DNA of 64,000 nucleotides from an uncultured Marmoricola sp. (GTDB lineage Bacteria; Actinomycetota; Actinomycetes; Propionibacteriales; Nocardioidaceae), in NCBI GenBank assembly GCA_937868075.1, contig CALMLL010000074.1, forward strand, positions 8,091 to 72,090. Reading direction: 5' to 3'. Shown one piece after another: positions 8,411 to 19,502 of this stretch. The first letter of the stretch is position 1. Each line of letters opens with the position of its first letter. Position numbers and translations under genes: made by a program. The notes below the pieces were generated by a model. It saw nothing but the letters and a program-made list of their open reading frames with translations. It was not told the origin of the DNA and made no database searches.

Positions 8411-10234
8411 ATGGTGTCCCTGCCCAAGGTCTTCGGCAATCTGAAGCCCGACTTCGCCGCGCTTCCTCCCGAGGCAGCCGAACTCCTCCACGACGCCGAT
8501 TTCGCCCGCAAACTGCGAGAGAGCGCCGAGTCGGCGGGTCGCTCGACCGAGGAGGTCACCAAGGAAGCGGTGGGCTACCTGCGGGAGATGGCTGCGGACC
8601 AATCCGATGCCTTGGGTCGGCGTTGGCAGCAGCTGGGGGACTGGTTCCTCCGGGCGTACGACGTCTGGGTCGATGAGGACCAGATCGCCGCCCTGCGCAA
8701 TCTCGACCGGCAGTACAGCCTCGGTCTGGCCTTCTCCCACCGCTCCTATCTCGACGGTTTCGTGCTGCCCAACGTGCTCAGTTCACGACGGTTCAGCCCG
8801 ACGTACACGTTCGGCGGGGCCAACCTCGACCTGCCCGGGATCGGCACCATCGCCAGCAAGACCGGGGTCATCTTCATCCGCCGCAAGAGCACCGACCTGC
8901 CTGTCTATCGACTGACCCTTCGCCACTACATCAGCCACATGGTGCGCTCCAAGCGCAACATGGCCTGGTCGATCGAGGGTGGCCGCACCCGCACGGGGAA
9001 GCTGCGGCCCCCGGTGCATGGGATCTTGAAGTACCTCACTGACGCGGTCGAGGAGCCTGGCTCACCGGATGTCATGTTGGTGCCGATCAGCATCGTCTAC
9101 GACCAGTTGCACGAACTGTCCAAGATGACCGCCGAGGCGCGCGGGGACGACAAGACCCCGGAGAACCTTCGCTGGTTGGTGGGTTTCGCGCGACAACAGC
9201 GCAGCCGACTCGGGCGTGCCTACCTCAGCGTGGGTGAGCCGTTCTCGTTGCGGGGTCGATACGACGACCTGATCGGACAGGGACTCCAGCAGCCTCAGGC
9301 GATCGAGCGGATCGCCCTCGACGTCAGCCACCGCCTCAACCGCGCCACCCCGGTGACAGTGACCGCGATCGTGTGTCTGGCCCTGTTGGGAGCCGACCGC
9401 GCGCTGACGTTGAGCCAGGTGCTCAACACCGTCGAACCCTTGGCCGACTATGTCGGCAAGCGCCGCTGGCCGGTGGCCGGGGCGGCGAACCTGCGGGACC
9501 GGTCCACGATCCGGCGGGCCTTGCAGGAACTGGTCTCCTCTGGAGTGCTGACCTGCTACGACCAGGGCACCGAACCTGTCTGGGGGATCGGTCCGGACCA
9601 GCACCTCGTGGCCGCCTTCTATCGCAACACCGCGATCCACATCCTGGTGGAGCGGGCCATCGGTGAGATCACCTTGCTGGCCGCTGCCGAGTCCGGTGTC
9701 GAGGGTGACGCGACCGAAGCGGCCTGGCAGGAGGCCAAGCGACTGCGTGACCTGCTCAAGTTCGAGTTCTTCTTCCCCGGTCGCGACGACTTCGAGAACG
9801 AACTGCGCACCGAGCTGGGCATCATCGACCCCGCCGCCAATGATGGGTTCACCGCAGCCGAAGCCCGGGAGTTGCTGACCAACGTCCGCCCCCATCTCGC
9901 GCATCTGGTGCTGCGCCCCTTCCTCGACGCCTATCACGTGCTGGCGCATCGCCTCGCCGAAGCCGGGGACAACCCGGTCAACCCCGACGAACTGCTGGTC
10001 GAGTCCCTCCACGTGGGGCAGCAGTGGCAGTTGCAGCGCAAGGTCGCCAATGCCGAGTCGGTGTCCCTTGAGCTCTACAAGACCGCCCTCGCACTGGCCA
10101 CCCATCGGGGTCTGCTCGCCGAGGAACCCGGCATCGGCGTACGCCGACAGGCCTTCGCCGACGAGATCTCAGAGACGATCCGCCGGATCTCGGTGATCGC
10201 GGAGATGTATCGCGACTCAGGAGTTGCCCGGTGA
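8411..10234 (+). CDS. plsB: Glycerol-3-phosphate acyltransferase
   Basis: HxxxxD motif SHRSYLD, GVIFIRR, SIEGGRTRTGKL. TAGGTT lies 7 nt before the ATG. Confidence 0.9.
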   Translation: MVSLPKVFGNLKPDFAALPPEAAELLHDADFARKLRESAESAGRSTEEVTKEAVGYLREMAADQSDALGRRWQQLGDWFLRAYDVWVDEDQIAALRNLDRQYSLGLAFSHRSYLDGFVLPNVLSSRRFSPTYTFGGANLDLPGIGTIASKTGVIFIRRKSTDLPVYRLTLRHYISHMVRSKRNMAWSIEGGRTRTGKLRPPVHGILKYLTDAVEEPGSPDVMLVPISIVYDQLHELSKMTAEARGDDKTPENLRWLVGFARQQRSRLGRAYLSVGEPFSLRGRYDDLIGQGLQQPQAIERIALDVSHRLNRATPVTVTAIVCLALLGADRALTLSQVLNTVEPLADYVGKRRWPVAGAANLRDRSTIRRALQELVSSGVLTCYDQGTEPVWGIGPDQHLVAAFYRNTAIHILVERAIGEITLLAAAESGVEGDATEAAWQEAKRLRDLLKFEFFFPGRDDFENELRTELGIIDPAANDGFTAAEARELLTNVRPHLAHLVLRPFLDAYHVLAHRLAEAGDNPVNPDELLVESLHVGQQWQLQRKVANAESVSLELYKTALALATHRGLLAEEPGIGVRRQAFADEISETIRRISVIAEMYRDSGVAR

Positions 10235-11712
10235 CCGCTCCGCACTCCGTGGAGGAGGCCCTTGCCGAGATCGAAGCCGGCCCGCGCGGCCCCCAGATCG
10301 CGGCCTTCTTCGACCTCGACGGCACGTTGGTGGGCGGGTACACCGGCAACGCGTTCTTCACCGACCGGCTGATGAAGCGCGACGTCCCGGCCAGTGAGTT
10401 CGTCCGCACAGTCGTCACCGCCGTGGACGGCACCGTCCTGGGAGGCGATCCGACCGCGGTGGCCTACACCAACTTCGCCGCCCTTGCCGGGCGCGACGAA
10501 GACTTCATGATCGACCTCGGCGAGCGTCTCTTCCACGACAAGATCGCCGGAACGATCCGTGCCGAGGCTCGCGAACTCGTGCGCGCCCACCAACGCATGG
10601 GCCACACCGTTGCAGTGGCCTCGGCAGCCACGCGCTACCAGATCGCTCCGGTGGCTCGTGACCTCGGCATCCAACACCTGGTCTGCACCGAGTTGGAGGT
10701 CGTCGACGGTATCTTCACCGGCAAGACCGTGGGCGACATGCTGTGGGGCAAGTTCAAGGGCGCCGGGGCGCGCAGGTTCGCCAAGGCCCACAAGATCGAC
10801 ATGGCCGCTTCCTATGCCTACGGCAACGGATATGAGGACGTGGCCTTCTTGTCCTCGGTCGGCCATCCGCGCCCACTCAACCCGCACCCCGGTTTGCGTG
10901 ACGCTGCGCGCAGCCTGGGCTGGCCGGTGCTGGAGTTGGCTGAGCCGCCAGCGACCAGCCTGGTCTCGGTGGCCCGCACTGCTGCCGCGCTGGGGGGTAT
11001 CAATGCCGGAGTGTTGACCGGCCTGGCGGCCGGGATCCTCAAGGGTGACCGCAAGGCCGGAGCGCGCCTCGGGCTGCATCTGGCCGCCAAGAACGCTCTG
11101 GCGCTGGCCGGGATCCGTCTCGACGTCGTTGGACGCGAGCACCTGGAGACTCGCCCGGCCATCTTCATCGCCAACCATCAAAGCGCCCTCGACCCGGCCG
11201 TGCTCGCGGTGCTGCTCGAGAGCGACTTCACCGCGGTGGCGAAGAAGGAAGCTCGCCACGACCCGCGCATGCTGATCGCCTCGCTGCTCGTCGACCCCGT
11301 GTACGTCGACCGCGGCAACTCCGCCCAGGCACGCGAGGCCCTCGACGGCGTGGTCGGGCGACTACGCGGGGGCACCTCGCTGATGATCTTCCCCGAGGGG
11401 ACCCGGTCTCCCACGCCGGTCCTAGGCACCTTCCGCAAGGGGGCGTTCCACCTGGCACTGCAGAGCGGACTGCCCGTCGTACCCGTGGTCCTGCGCAACA
11501 CCGGTGAGCACATGTGGCGTGGGTCGTTCGTGGTCAAACCCGGGACCATCGAGGTGTGCGTGCATCCACCGATCACCAACCTTGCCGAGGAGACGTTGGG
11601 CGAGCAGGTGCTGGCGATCAGGAACCTCTTCGAACAGACGCTGACACACTGGCCCGAGAACGACACCGAGGCTGCCGCGCTGGCGGGGGAGGACTGCTAT
11701 GGCGATCGGTGA
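10231..11712 (+). CDS. plsC: HAD-IB phosphatase / 1-acyl-G3P acyltransferase fusion
   Basis: N-terminal FFDLDGTL (DxDxT); C-terminal NHQSALD and FPEGTRS. GTGA overlap with plsB. Confidence 0.88.
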   Translation: MTAPHSVEEALAEIEAGPRGPQIAAFFDLDGTLVGGYTGNAFFTDRLMKRDVPASEFVRTVVTAVDGTVLGGDPTAVAYTNFAALAGRDEDFMIDLGERLFHDKIAGTIRAEARELVRAHQRMGHTVAVASAATRYQIAPVARDLGIQHLVCTELEVVDGIFTGKTVGDMLWGKFKGAGARRFAKAHKIDMAASYAYGNGYEDVAFLSSVGHPRPLNPHPGLRDAARSLGWPVLELAEPPATSLVSVARTAAALGGINAGVLTGLAAGILKGDRKAGARLGLHLAAKNALALAGIRLDVVGREHLETRPAIFIANHQSALDPAVLAVLLESDFTAVAKKEARHDPRMLIASLLVDPVYVDRGNSAQAREALDGVVGRLRGGTSLMIFPEGTRSPTPVLGTFRKGAFHLALQSGLPVVPVVLRNTGEHMWRGSFVVKPGTIEVCVHPPITNLAEETLGEQVLAIRNLFEQTLTHWPENDTEAAALAGEDCYGDR

Positions 11713-13129
11713 GGACCTCAGCGACAACCTGTCAGCGTGGGAAGCGGCGGCGTTGTGGCATCGCTCGGAACAGATGAGCGAAGCCGAAACTGCTATCTGG
11801 CGCTCGGAGGTGCACCCACAGCAGTCCGCGACGGTCTCCTCGCTGCTGGTCTATGACAGCACTCCCGACTGGGATCGCTTCTGGAACGCGCACGAGTGGG
11901 CCACTCATGTCGTGGCCCGGACCCGGCAGCGCGTGCTCGAACCGGCCCTGCCGACCACGCCGCCGGCCTGGGTGTACGACGATCACTTCACCCTCGACTA
12001 CCACCTGCGACGTCGCTTCGTCACCGGCGGCATGAGCGAGGTGCTGCACCTGTGCCAGCAGGAGGCGATGACCCCGTTCGACCGCAGTCGCCCACTGTGG
12101 ACGGCCACCCTGATCGAGGGACTGCCCGACGGCAAGGCGGCGTACTTCCTCAAACTCCATCACGCGCTGGCCGACGGGCCTCGGGGCATCGAGTTGTTGT
12201 CGTTGGTGACCAGCCGCACCCGGGAGCACACCGAGGTCAAGCCGGTCGCCACCTTGGAACGCGGCCTCACCCCCGATCCGGTGGCACTCGCGGTCAAGGG
12301 GATCAGCGACACCCTGGACCAGGCGCCGGAGGCGCTGCGCGACGGGGTTCGGATCGGACTCCGGGTGCTCGGCAACCCCGGTCATGCTCTGGCCGAGGGG
12401 CTGCGCTACGGCGCGTCGTTGCGACGCATCCTCTCCCCACCCGAGGCTCCGTCCTCCCCCCTCCTGGCCGGACGCGACGGCCGCGCGTGGCAGTTCGTCA
12501 CCCTTGATTGCCCGACGGCGTCCCTGAAGGCGGCCGGGGCAGCCGGCGGTGGTTCGCTCCACGACGCGTTCGTGGCGGCACTACTCGGCGGGCTCAGGGC
12601 CTACCACCAGCATCACGGAGCAGATCTTCACGACGTCCCGGTGTCGATGGCGGTCTCGTTGAGCCGTGCCGATGACCCGATGGGGGGCGGCAAGTTCGCC
12701 GGCGCGATGTTGGCGCTCCCCGCCGACCTGGACGACGTCGAGGAGCGGATCGCCGCGATTCGCGGTGAGATCTTCTCCCTGCGCACCGAACCGGCACTCA
12801 ACAGCCTGCGGCGGCTCACGCCACTGGCCAACCGCCTCCCGGCCGCGCTGTCGACGTTGGCGATGCACTACTCGCCCTCGGCCGATCTGGCCGTCTCGAC
12901 GCTGCCAGGAGTCGCCCACGCGGTCTACATGGCCGGAGCCAGGGTCGAGCAGGTCTACCCGTTCGGGCCGTTGCCCGGGGTCGCGGTCATGGCCGCCATG
13001 GTCAACCACGACGGCACCGCCTGCATCGGGCTCAACGTCGACGGATCGGCCATTCCCGACATCGACGTGTTCGCCCAATGCCTGCAAGCCGGGCTCAACG
13101 AGGTCCTGGCGTCGGCTCCAGAGGCCTAA
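11699..13129 (+). CDS. Wax ester synthase / diacylglycerol acyltransferase (WS/DGAT)
   Basis: Catalytic HHxxxDG motif (KLHHALADG), FDRSRPLWTATLIEGLPDG; overlaps the plsC end. Confidence 0.9.
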   Translation: MAIGEDLSDNLSAWEAAALWHRSEQMSEAETAIWRSEVHPQQSATVSSLLVYDSTPDWDRFWNAHEWATHVVARTRQRVLEPALPTTPPAWVYDDHFTLDYHLRRRFVTGGMSEVLHLCQQEAMTPFDRSRPLWTATLIEGLPDGKAAYFLKLHHALADGPRGIELLSLVTSRTREHTEVKPVATLERGLTPDPVALAVKGISDTLDQAPEALRDGVRIGLRVLGNPGHALAEGLRYGASLRRILSPPEAPSSPLLAGRDGRAWQFVTLDCPTASLKAAGAAGGGSLHDAFVAALLGGLRAYHQHHGADLHDVPVSMAVSLSRADDPMGGGKFAGAMLALPADLDDVEERIAAIRGEIFSLRTEPALNSLRRLTPLANRLPAALSTLAMHYSPSADLAVSTLPGVAHAVYMAGARVEQVYPFGPLPGVAVMAAMVNHDGTACIGLNVDGSAIPDIDVFAQCLQAGLNEVLASAPEA

Positions 13130-13132
13130 GGG

Positions 13133-13507
13133 TCAGCGAACGCCCATCAGGTCGACGACGAAGATCAGGGTCTCGCCGGGCTTGATGACCCCGCCCGCGC
13201 CGCGGTCGCCGTAGGCGAGGTGAGGCGGGATGACCAACTTGCGCCGACCGCCGACCTTCATGCCTTGAACACCGGTGTCCCAGCCAGAGATGACCTGGCC
13301 GACACCGAGCCTGAAGTCGAGTGGGGCGCCGCGGTTGTAGGAGGCGTCGAACTCCTCGCCGGTGGAGTGGGCCACTCCGACGTAGTGCACCGACACGAAC
13401 TGGCCGGCCTTGGCTTCGGCGCCGTCACCTTCCACAAGGTCGGTGATTTCGAGGTCCGCCGGGGGCGGGGAGTCCGGGAAGTCGATCTCGGGTTTGCTCA
13501 CGCTCAT
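13133..13507 (-). CDS. FKBP-type peptidyl-prolyl cis-trans isomerase
   Basis: VSVHYVG...FDASYNRG...VISGWDTGVQGMKVGGRRKLVIPPHLAYG. Confidence 0.95.
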   Translation of the reverse strand: MSVSKPEIDFPDSPPPADLEITDLVEGDGAEAKAGQFVSVHYVGVAHSTGEEFDASYNRGAPLDFRLGVGQVISGWDTGVQGMKVGGRRKLVIPPHLAYGDRGAGGVIKPGETLIFVVDLMGVR

Positions 13508-13564
13508 GCGGGTCAGACTGCCATAGGCCAGGGCGCCCCGTCACAGCCCGGGCCGCCCGCGAGA

Positions 13565-13996
13565 TCAGGTCTGGTGAACGTAGGAGTCGAGTTGGTCGCG
13601 CTCGAACTCAAGTTGTCCGATCTTGTGCTTGACCACGTCGCCGATGCTGACCACCCCGGCCAACTGGCCATCGCGCAGCACCGGGACGTGACGGATCCGG
13701 CGGTCGGTCATCATGCTCATCAAGGAGTCGAGTTCGTCGGTGTGCTCGCAGGAGTGCACGTTGGCGGTCATGATCTGCTGCACCGGCGCTTCGAGGACAT
13801 CGGCAGTGTCGTTGAGTCGACGCACGACGTCTCGCTCGGACACGATTCCCTCGACGGAGGAGCCGTCGCTGCTGACGATGACCGCACCGATGTTGTGGGT
13901 GGCAAGCAGGGCCAGGAGCTCGCGCACCGTGGCATCGGGGGAAACCGTGACAACCTCGCCACTGGGCTTGGCCTTCAACACATCGGTGATCTTCAT
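13565..13996 (-). CDS. Tandem CBS-domain protein
   Basis: Two CBS repeats (GIVSERDVVR; RIRHVPV...GVVSIGDVVK); SD AGGAG. Confidence 0.92.
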   Translation of the reverse strand: MKITDVLKAKPSGEVVTVSPDATVRELLALLATHNIGAVIVSSDGSSVEGIVSERDVVRRLNDTADVLEAPVQQIMTANVHSCEHTDELDSLMSMMTDRRIRHVPVLRDGQLAGVVSIGDVVKHKIGQLEFERDQLDSYVHQT

Positions 13997-14081
13997 GCCT
14001 ACTCCTAACCCGGGATCCGGTTTCTGACCCTATCCGTGACCGCACGGGCCCGTCGAGGGTCTGACCGGGTGCTGGAAACGC

Positions 14082-14519
14082 TCAGGCGGGCGGCGCCGTC
14101 GAGGGGGGTTGGGGGACCTTCCAGTCGTAGCGGCGCCCGATGGTCTCGTCGTACCTGCTGCCCTCGGCGACGGTGGCGAACCCGGCAGCCACGATCGCCA
14201 GGGCGGCCGGTTGCCAGGGCCAGTGCGAGACCCCGACCATCACCACGAGCGCACCCGCGACCAGGAAGTACAGCCCGGCGCGCGGGGGGAGCAGGGCCCG
14301 TTTGATCGCCTTGCGTTGGTACGTCGACAGGCCGGCTCGCCCGGCTTCGATGGAGTCGGCAGCCCAGATCAACAGCAGCGGGATCAGGCGAGTGCCGGTG
14401 CGGATCTGGGGTGAATCGAACGGCTCCCACAAGAACGAGGCCAGCGCCAGGCAGAGCGCGAAGGCCACGTAGACGTAGAACCACCGGGCCCGCTGGAACG
14501 GGGAGGTTGGTGTGCTCAC
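14082..14519 (-). CDS. Hypothetical membrane protein (about 4 TM helices)
   Basis: Hydrophobic segments; GTGA overlap with the hisN stop. No family recognised. Confidence 0.65.
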   Translation of the reverse strand: MSTPTSPFQRARWFYVYVAFALCLALASFLWEPFDSPQIRTGTRLIPLLLIWAADSIEAGRAGLSTYQRKAIKRALLPPRAGLYFLVAGALVVMVGVSHWPWQPAALAIVAAGFATVAEGSRYDETIGRRYDWKVPQPPSTAPPA

Positions 14520-15394
14520 TCCTGTTCCTGGCGGGATCGTCGCAGGGCGCTCAGGTCGTGGACCGAGCCCGGGCCGTGGGGCATCGTGGGCTCGTTGGGG
14601 TCACCGGGGACGCGGCCGAGGAAGGCCAGTGCCTGGTCGTGGAGCCGCCCGTTGCTGGCCAGCACGTTGCCGCCATGGGGGCCTGGCTCGCCCTCGAGAG
14701 AGGTGAACAGGCCGCCGGCCTCGCGCACGATGATGTCCAGGGCAGCCATGTCGTACAACTCCAGTGACGGTTCGGCGGCCAGATCGACGGCCCCTTCGGC
14801 AAGCAGCATGTAGGACCAGAAGTCGCCGTACCCGCGGGTGCGCCAGCAGCGCCGGGAGAGTGACAAGAACTCCTCCAGCCGATCGATGTCCTCCCACCCG
14901 TCGATGGAGGCGTAGGAGAACGAGGCGTCCTCGAGTCGGGAGACGTCGGAGACCTGGCAGCGGCTGGCTTTGAACAGCGACTTGCCGGTCCAGGCGCCGT
15001 CGCCCAGCGAGGCCCACCAACGCCGGTTGAGCATCGGCGCCGAGATCACACTCAGCACGACCTCGCCGTCGACGAGCAGTGCGATCAGAGTGGCCCACAC
15101 CGGCACGCCACGAACGAAGTTCTTGGTGCCGTCGATCGGGTCGACGACCCATTGTCGATGGCTGCTGCCGGTGGTCCCACTCTCCTCGCCGTAGAACGCG
15201 TCGCGCGAGCGGACCCGGGCCAGTTTGCTGCGCATCGCCTCTTCCACGGCCTTGTCGGCGTCGGTGACCGGGCTGAGGTCGGGCTTGGTCATCACGTGGA
15301 GGTCGAGGGCCTTGAACCGCTCGGTGCTCAGCGAGTCGGCATCGTCTGCCAGAACATGTGCCAAGCGCAGGTCGTCGGTGTACTGAGAGGCCAT
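14516..15394 (-). CDS. hisN: Histidinol-phosphatase, inositol monophosphatase family
   Basis: WVVDPIDGTKNFVRGVPVWATLIAL, RTRGYGDFWSYML, YDMAALDIIVREAGG; actinobacterial hisN-rsgA-aroA synteny. Confidence 0.85.
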   Translation of the reverse strand: MASQYTDDLRLAHVLADDADSLSTERFKALDLHVMTKPDLSPVTDADKAVEEAMRSKLARVRSRDAFYGEESGTTGSSHRQWVVDPIDGTKNFVRGVPVWATLIALLVDGEVVLSVISAPMLNRRWWASLGDGAWTGKSLFKASRCQVSDVSRLEDASFSYASIDGWEDIDRLEEFLSLSRRCWRTRGYGDFWSYMLLAEGAVDLAAEPSLELYDMAALDIIVREAGGLFTSLEGEPGPHGGNVLASNGRLHDQALAFLGRVPGDPNEPTMPHGPGSVHDLSALRRSRQEQE

Positions 15395-15472
15395 GCCGTC
15401 AGGCTAGTCCAGCCCGAGCCTGCGATCCGACGACGTGGGGGTGTCGGCACGTCGAGTCGCCGGCGGTGAGTG

Positions 15473-16444
15473 TCACCAGTCCTTGACCGCGCGAGAGTCG
15501 AGAAGTCGACGATAGGCCGCGACCCGCTCACCCAGCCCGACGGCGGTCCCCAACACGCAGTCGGGCTCGTCCGCCTCGTGCGAGCAGCCGCGCGGGCAGT
15601 CCCCGGCGATCTCGGCGAGGTCGGGGAAGGCTTCGATGAGGTCCCGCGGGTCCACATGGGCGAGCCCGAACGACCGGATCCCCGGGGTGTCCACGATCCA
15701 GTCACCGCTGTCCAGCGGCAGCATCATCGCGCTTGTCGAGGTATGCCGACCCCGTCCGGTCACCGCGTTGACCGAGCCGGTCTCGCGGCGGGCCTCGGGG
15801 ACCAGCGCGTTGACCAGGGTGGACTTGCCCACCCCGCTGTGACCCAACAGCACACTGGTGTGTCCGGCCAGGGCGCGCCGTAGTGGCCCGATGTCCCCGC
15901 CGCGCTGGGTCACCAGGAACGGGACTCCCAACGGCTCGTAGACCGCGAGCAGGTGATCGGGTGTGGCCAGGTCTGCCTTGGTCAGACACAGGAGGGGTGT
16001 CATCCCGGCGTCGTACGCGGCCACGAGGGCGCGGTCGATCAGGCCCATGCGGGGTTCGGGGTCGGCCAGCGCAGTCACGATGACGAGTTGGTCGGCGTTG
16101 GCCACGATCACCCGCTCCACGGGGTCGTCGTCATCGGCGGTGCGGCGCAACACGGTGGTGCGCTCCTCGACCTCGACGATGCGAGCCAGGGTCCCCTCGC
16201 GCCCGCTGACGTCGCCCACGATCCGGACCCGATCGCCGACAACGACACCCTTGCGGCCCAGGGGACGCGACTTCATCGCCATCACGGTGACCCCGTCGAC
16301 GAAGCAGGTCAGCCGACCACGGTCCACGGTGATGACGCGGCCGAGGGCAGCGTCGTCGTAGCTGGGACGGTCCTTGGTCCGCGGCCGGGTCCGCCGCCGG
16401 GGGCGGTCGTAGGCCTCGGGGTCGTGCGCGTCGTACCTAGCCAC
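15473..16444 (-). CDS. rsgA: Ribosome small subunit-dependent GTPase A
   Basis: Circularly permuted GTPase: TKAD (G4), GHSGVGKST (G1), GRHTST (G2), DTPG (G3), zinc knuckle CPRGCSH...C. Start reassigned to GTG 16444. Confidence 0.93.
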   Translation of the reverse strand: MARYDAHDPEAYDRPRRRTRPRTKDRPSYDDAALGRVITVDRGRLTCFVDGVTVMAMKSRPLGRKGVVVGDRVRIVGDVSGREGTLARIVEVEERTTVLRRTADDDDPVERVIVANADQLVIVTALADPEPRMGLIDRALVAAYDAGMTPLLCLTKADLATPDHLLAVYEPLGVPFLVTQRGGDIGPLRRALAGHTSVLLGHSGVGKSTLVNALVPEARRETGSVNAVTGRGRHTSTSAMMLPLDSGDWIVDTPGIRSFGLAHVDPRDLIEAFPDLAEIAGDCPRGCSHEADEPDCVLGTAVGLGERVAAYRRLLDSRAVKDW

Positions 16445-17732
16445 GCGTAGGCACCCGGTCGGAGTCGAAGAGTTGGGCCCAGACCTGCTCGAAACCGGGG
16501 AAGGTCTTGGCTGTGGTCGACACGTTCTCGACCAGAACTCCGGGAACAGCCGCGCCCAGAACCACCGCGGCCTGCGCCATGCGGTGGTCGGCATAGGTAT
16601 GGAAGCGACCGCTGTGAAGTGGTGCCGGGGCGAACCTCAGGCCATCGTCGGTCTCGCTGACATCGGCGCCCAAGCCCGCCAACTCCTTCTGGAGCGCGGC
16701 AAGTCGGTCGGTCTCGTGCCCGCGGATATGCGCGATGCCGCGCAACGTGCTGGGGGAGTCCGCCAGGGCACACAGTGCGGCCACGACCGGAGTGAGTTCC
16801 CCGTGGTCGTGAAGGTCCACGTCGATGCCGTGCAGCCCGCCGCCGGTGATCCGAAGGCCTTCGGGCACGCGCTCCAGGGTGGCTCCCATCAGCGCTAACA
16901 GGCCTCGGAGTTCATCACCGGCCTGGGTCGTGACCGCGGGCCAGTCACGGATCACGATGGTGCCGCCGCTGACCATCGCCAACGCAGCGAAGGGAGCCGC
17001 GTTGGAGAGGTCGGGCTCGATGGTGACATCCCGGGCCGCGACCGGCCCGGGGAAGACCCGCCACTGGTTGGCGCCTTCCTCGACTTCGACGCCACGGGCG
17101 CGCAGCGCCGCCACGGTCATGTCGATGTGGGGGAGTGAGGGGACCGGCTTGCCCTCGTGGCGCACGTCCACCCCCTCGGCGTACGCCGGCGCGGCGAGCA
17201 GGAGCGCCGAGATGAACTGACTGCTCGCGCTGGCATCGATCACCACCCGACCACCGCGGACCCCGCCGGTGGCATGCACGGTGAACGGCAACCCCGGGCC
17301 GCCGGTGACCTCGACTCCGAGGCCGCGCAGGCCGTCGATGACTTCGCCCATCGGTCGGGTGCGGGCGTGTGGGTCTCCGTCGAAGGTGACTTCGCCGACG
17401 CCCAGCGCGGCCACAGGGGGCACGAACCGCATGACCGTTCCGGCCAGCCCACAGTCCACGGCTGCGGCGCCGGTGTAGTCGGTGCCCGGTGATGCCGGGG
17501 TCACCGTCCAGTCGTCGCCGGAGGAGTCGATCTGCGCGCCGAGAGTGCGCAGTGCCCCAGCCATGAGGTCGGTGTCTCGGGAGCGCAATGCCCGGTGGAG
17601 GACGCTGGGGCCTTCGGCGATGGCGGAGAGGATGAGTTCGCGGTTGGTCAGTGACTTCGAACCCGGCAGCGCCACCTGCGCGTGCACCGGCCCCAGGGCG
17701 TGGGGCGCTGGCCACCAGAGGGGTTCACTCAC
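16437..17732 (-). CDS. aroA: 3-phosphoshikimate 1-carboxyvinyltransferase
   Basis: [50 protein letters not shown] 17732 lies 7 nt after TACCCT. Confidence 0.95.
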   Translation of the reverse strand: MSEPLWWPAPHALGPVHAQVALPGSKSLTNRELILSAIAEGPSVLHRALRSRDTDLMAGALRTLGAQIDSSGDDWTVTPASPGTDYTGAAAVDCGLAGTVMRFVPPVAALGVGEVTFDGDPHARTRPMGEVIDGLRGLGVEVTGGPGLPFTVHATGGVRGGRVVIDASASSQFISALLLAAPAYAEGVDVRHEGKPVPSLPHIDMTVAALRARGVEVEEGANQWRVFPGPVAARDVTIEPDLSNAAPFAALAMVSGGTIVIRDWPAVTTQAGDELRGLLALMGATLERVPEGLRITGGGLHGIDVDLHDHGELTPVVAALCALADSPSTLRGIAHIRGHETDRLAALQKELAGLGADVSETDDGLRFAPAPLHSGRFHTYADHRMAQAAVVLGAAVPGVLVENVSTTAKTFPGFEQVWAQLFDSDRVPTRG

Positions 17733-17758
17733 TCGCACCAGGGTAGTCGGCGGGGCCG

Positions 17759-19309
<1,551 letters not shown>

Positions 19310-19339
19310 AGTGAAGTGACGTCCTGGGAAGCGGGATAT

Positions 19340-19368
19340 GACGATAAAGAACCAACCTCATTGTGACA
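19340..19368 (-). promoter_or_regulatory. Candidate ECF-type promoter upstream of the ECF fusion (TGTCACA-N18-CGTC on minus strand)
   Basis: A -10 CGTC lies about 30 nt upstream of the start codon. The spacer from TGTCACA is longer than is typical, so this is tentative. Confidence 0.35.
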
Positions 19369-19502
19369 TCTCGGGCGCCGGCACGACGGCGTGGCGAGGA
19401 AACCAAGGCGCAGGCATGAGCCGATCCTGCGTCATGATGGGCGAGGTGGCGCGTCACACCAGGGACACGTCAGCACATCACCACAGTGGAACGGGGGTCA
19501 CG

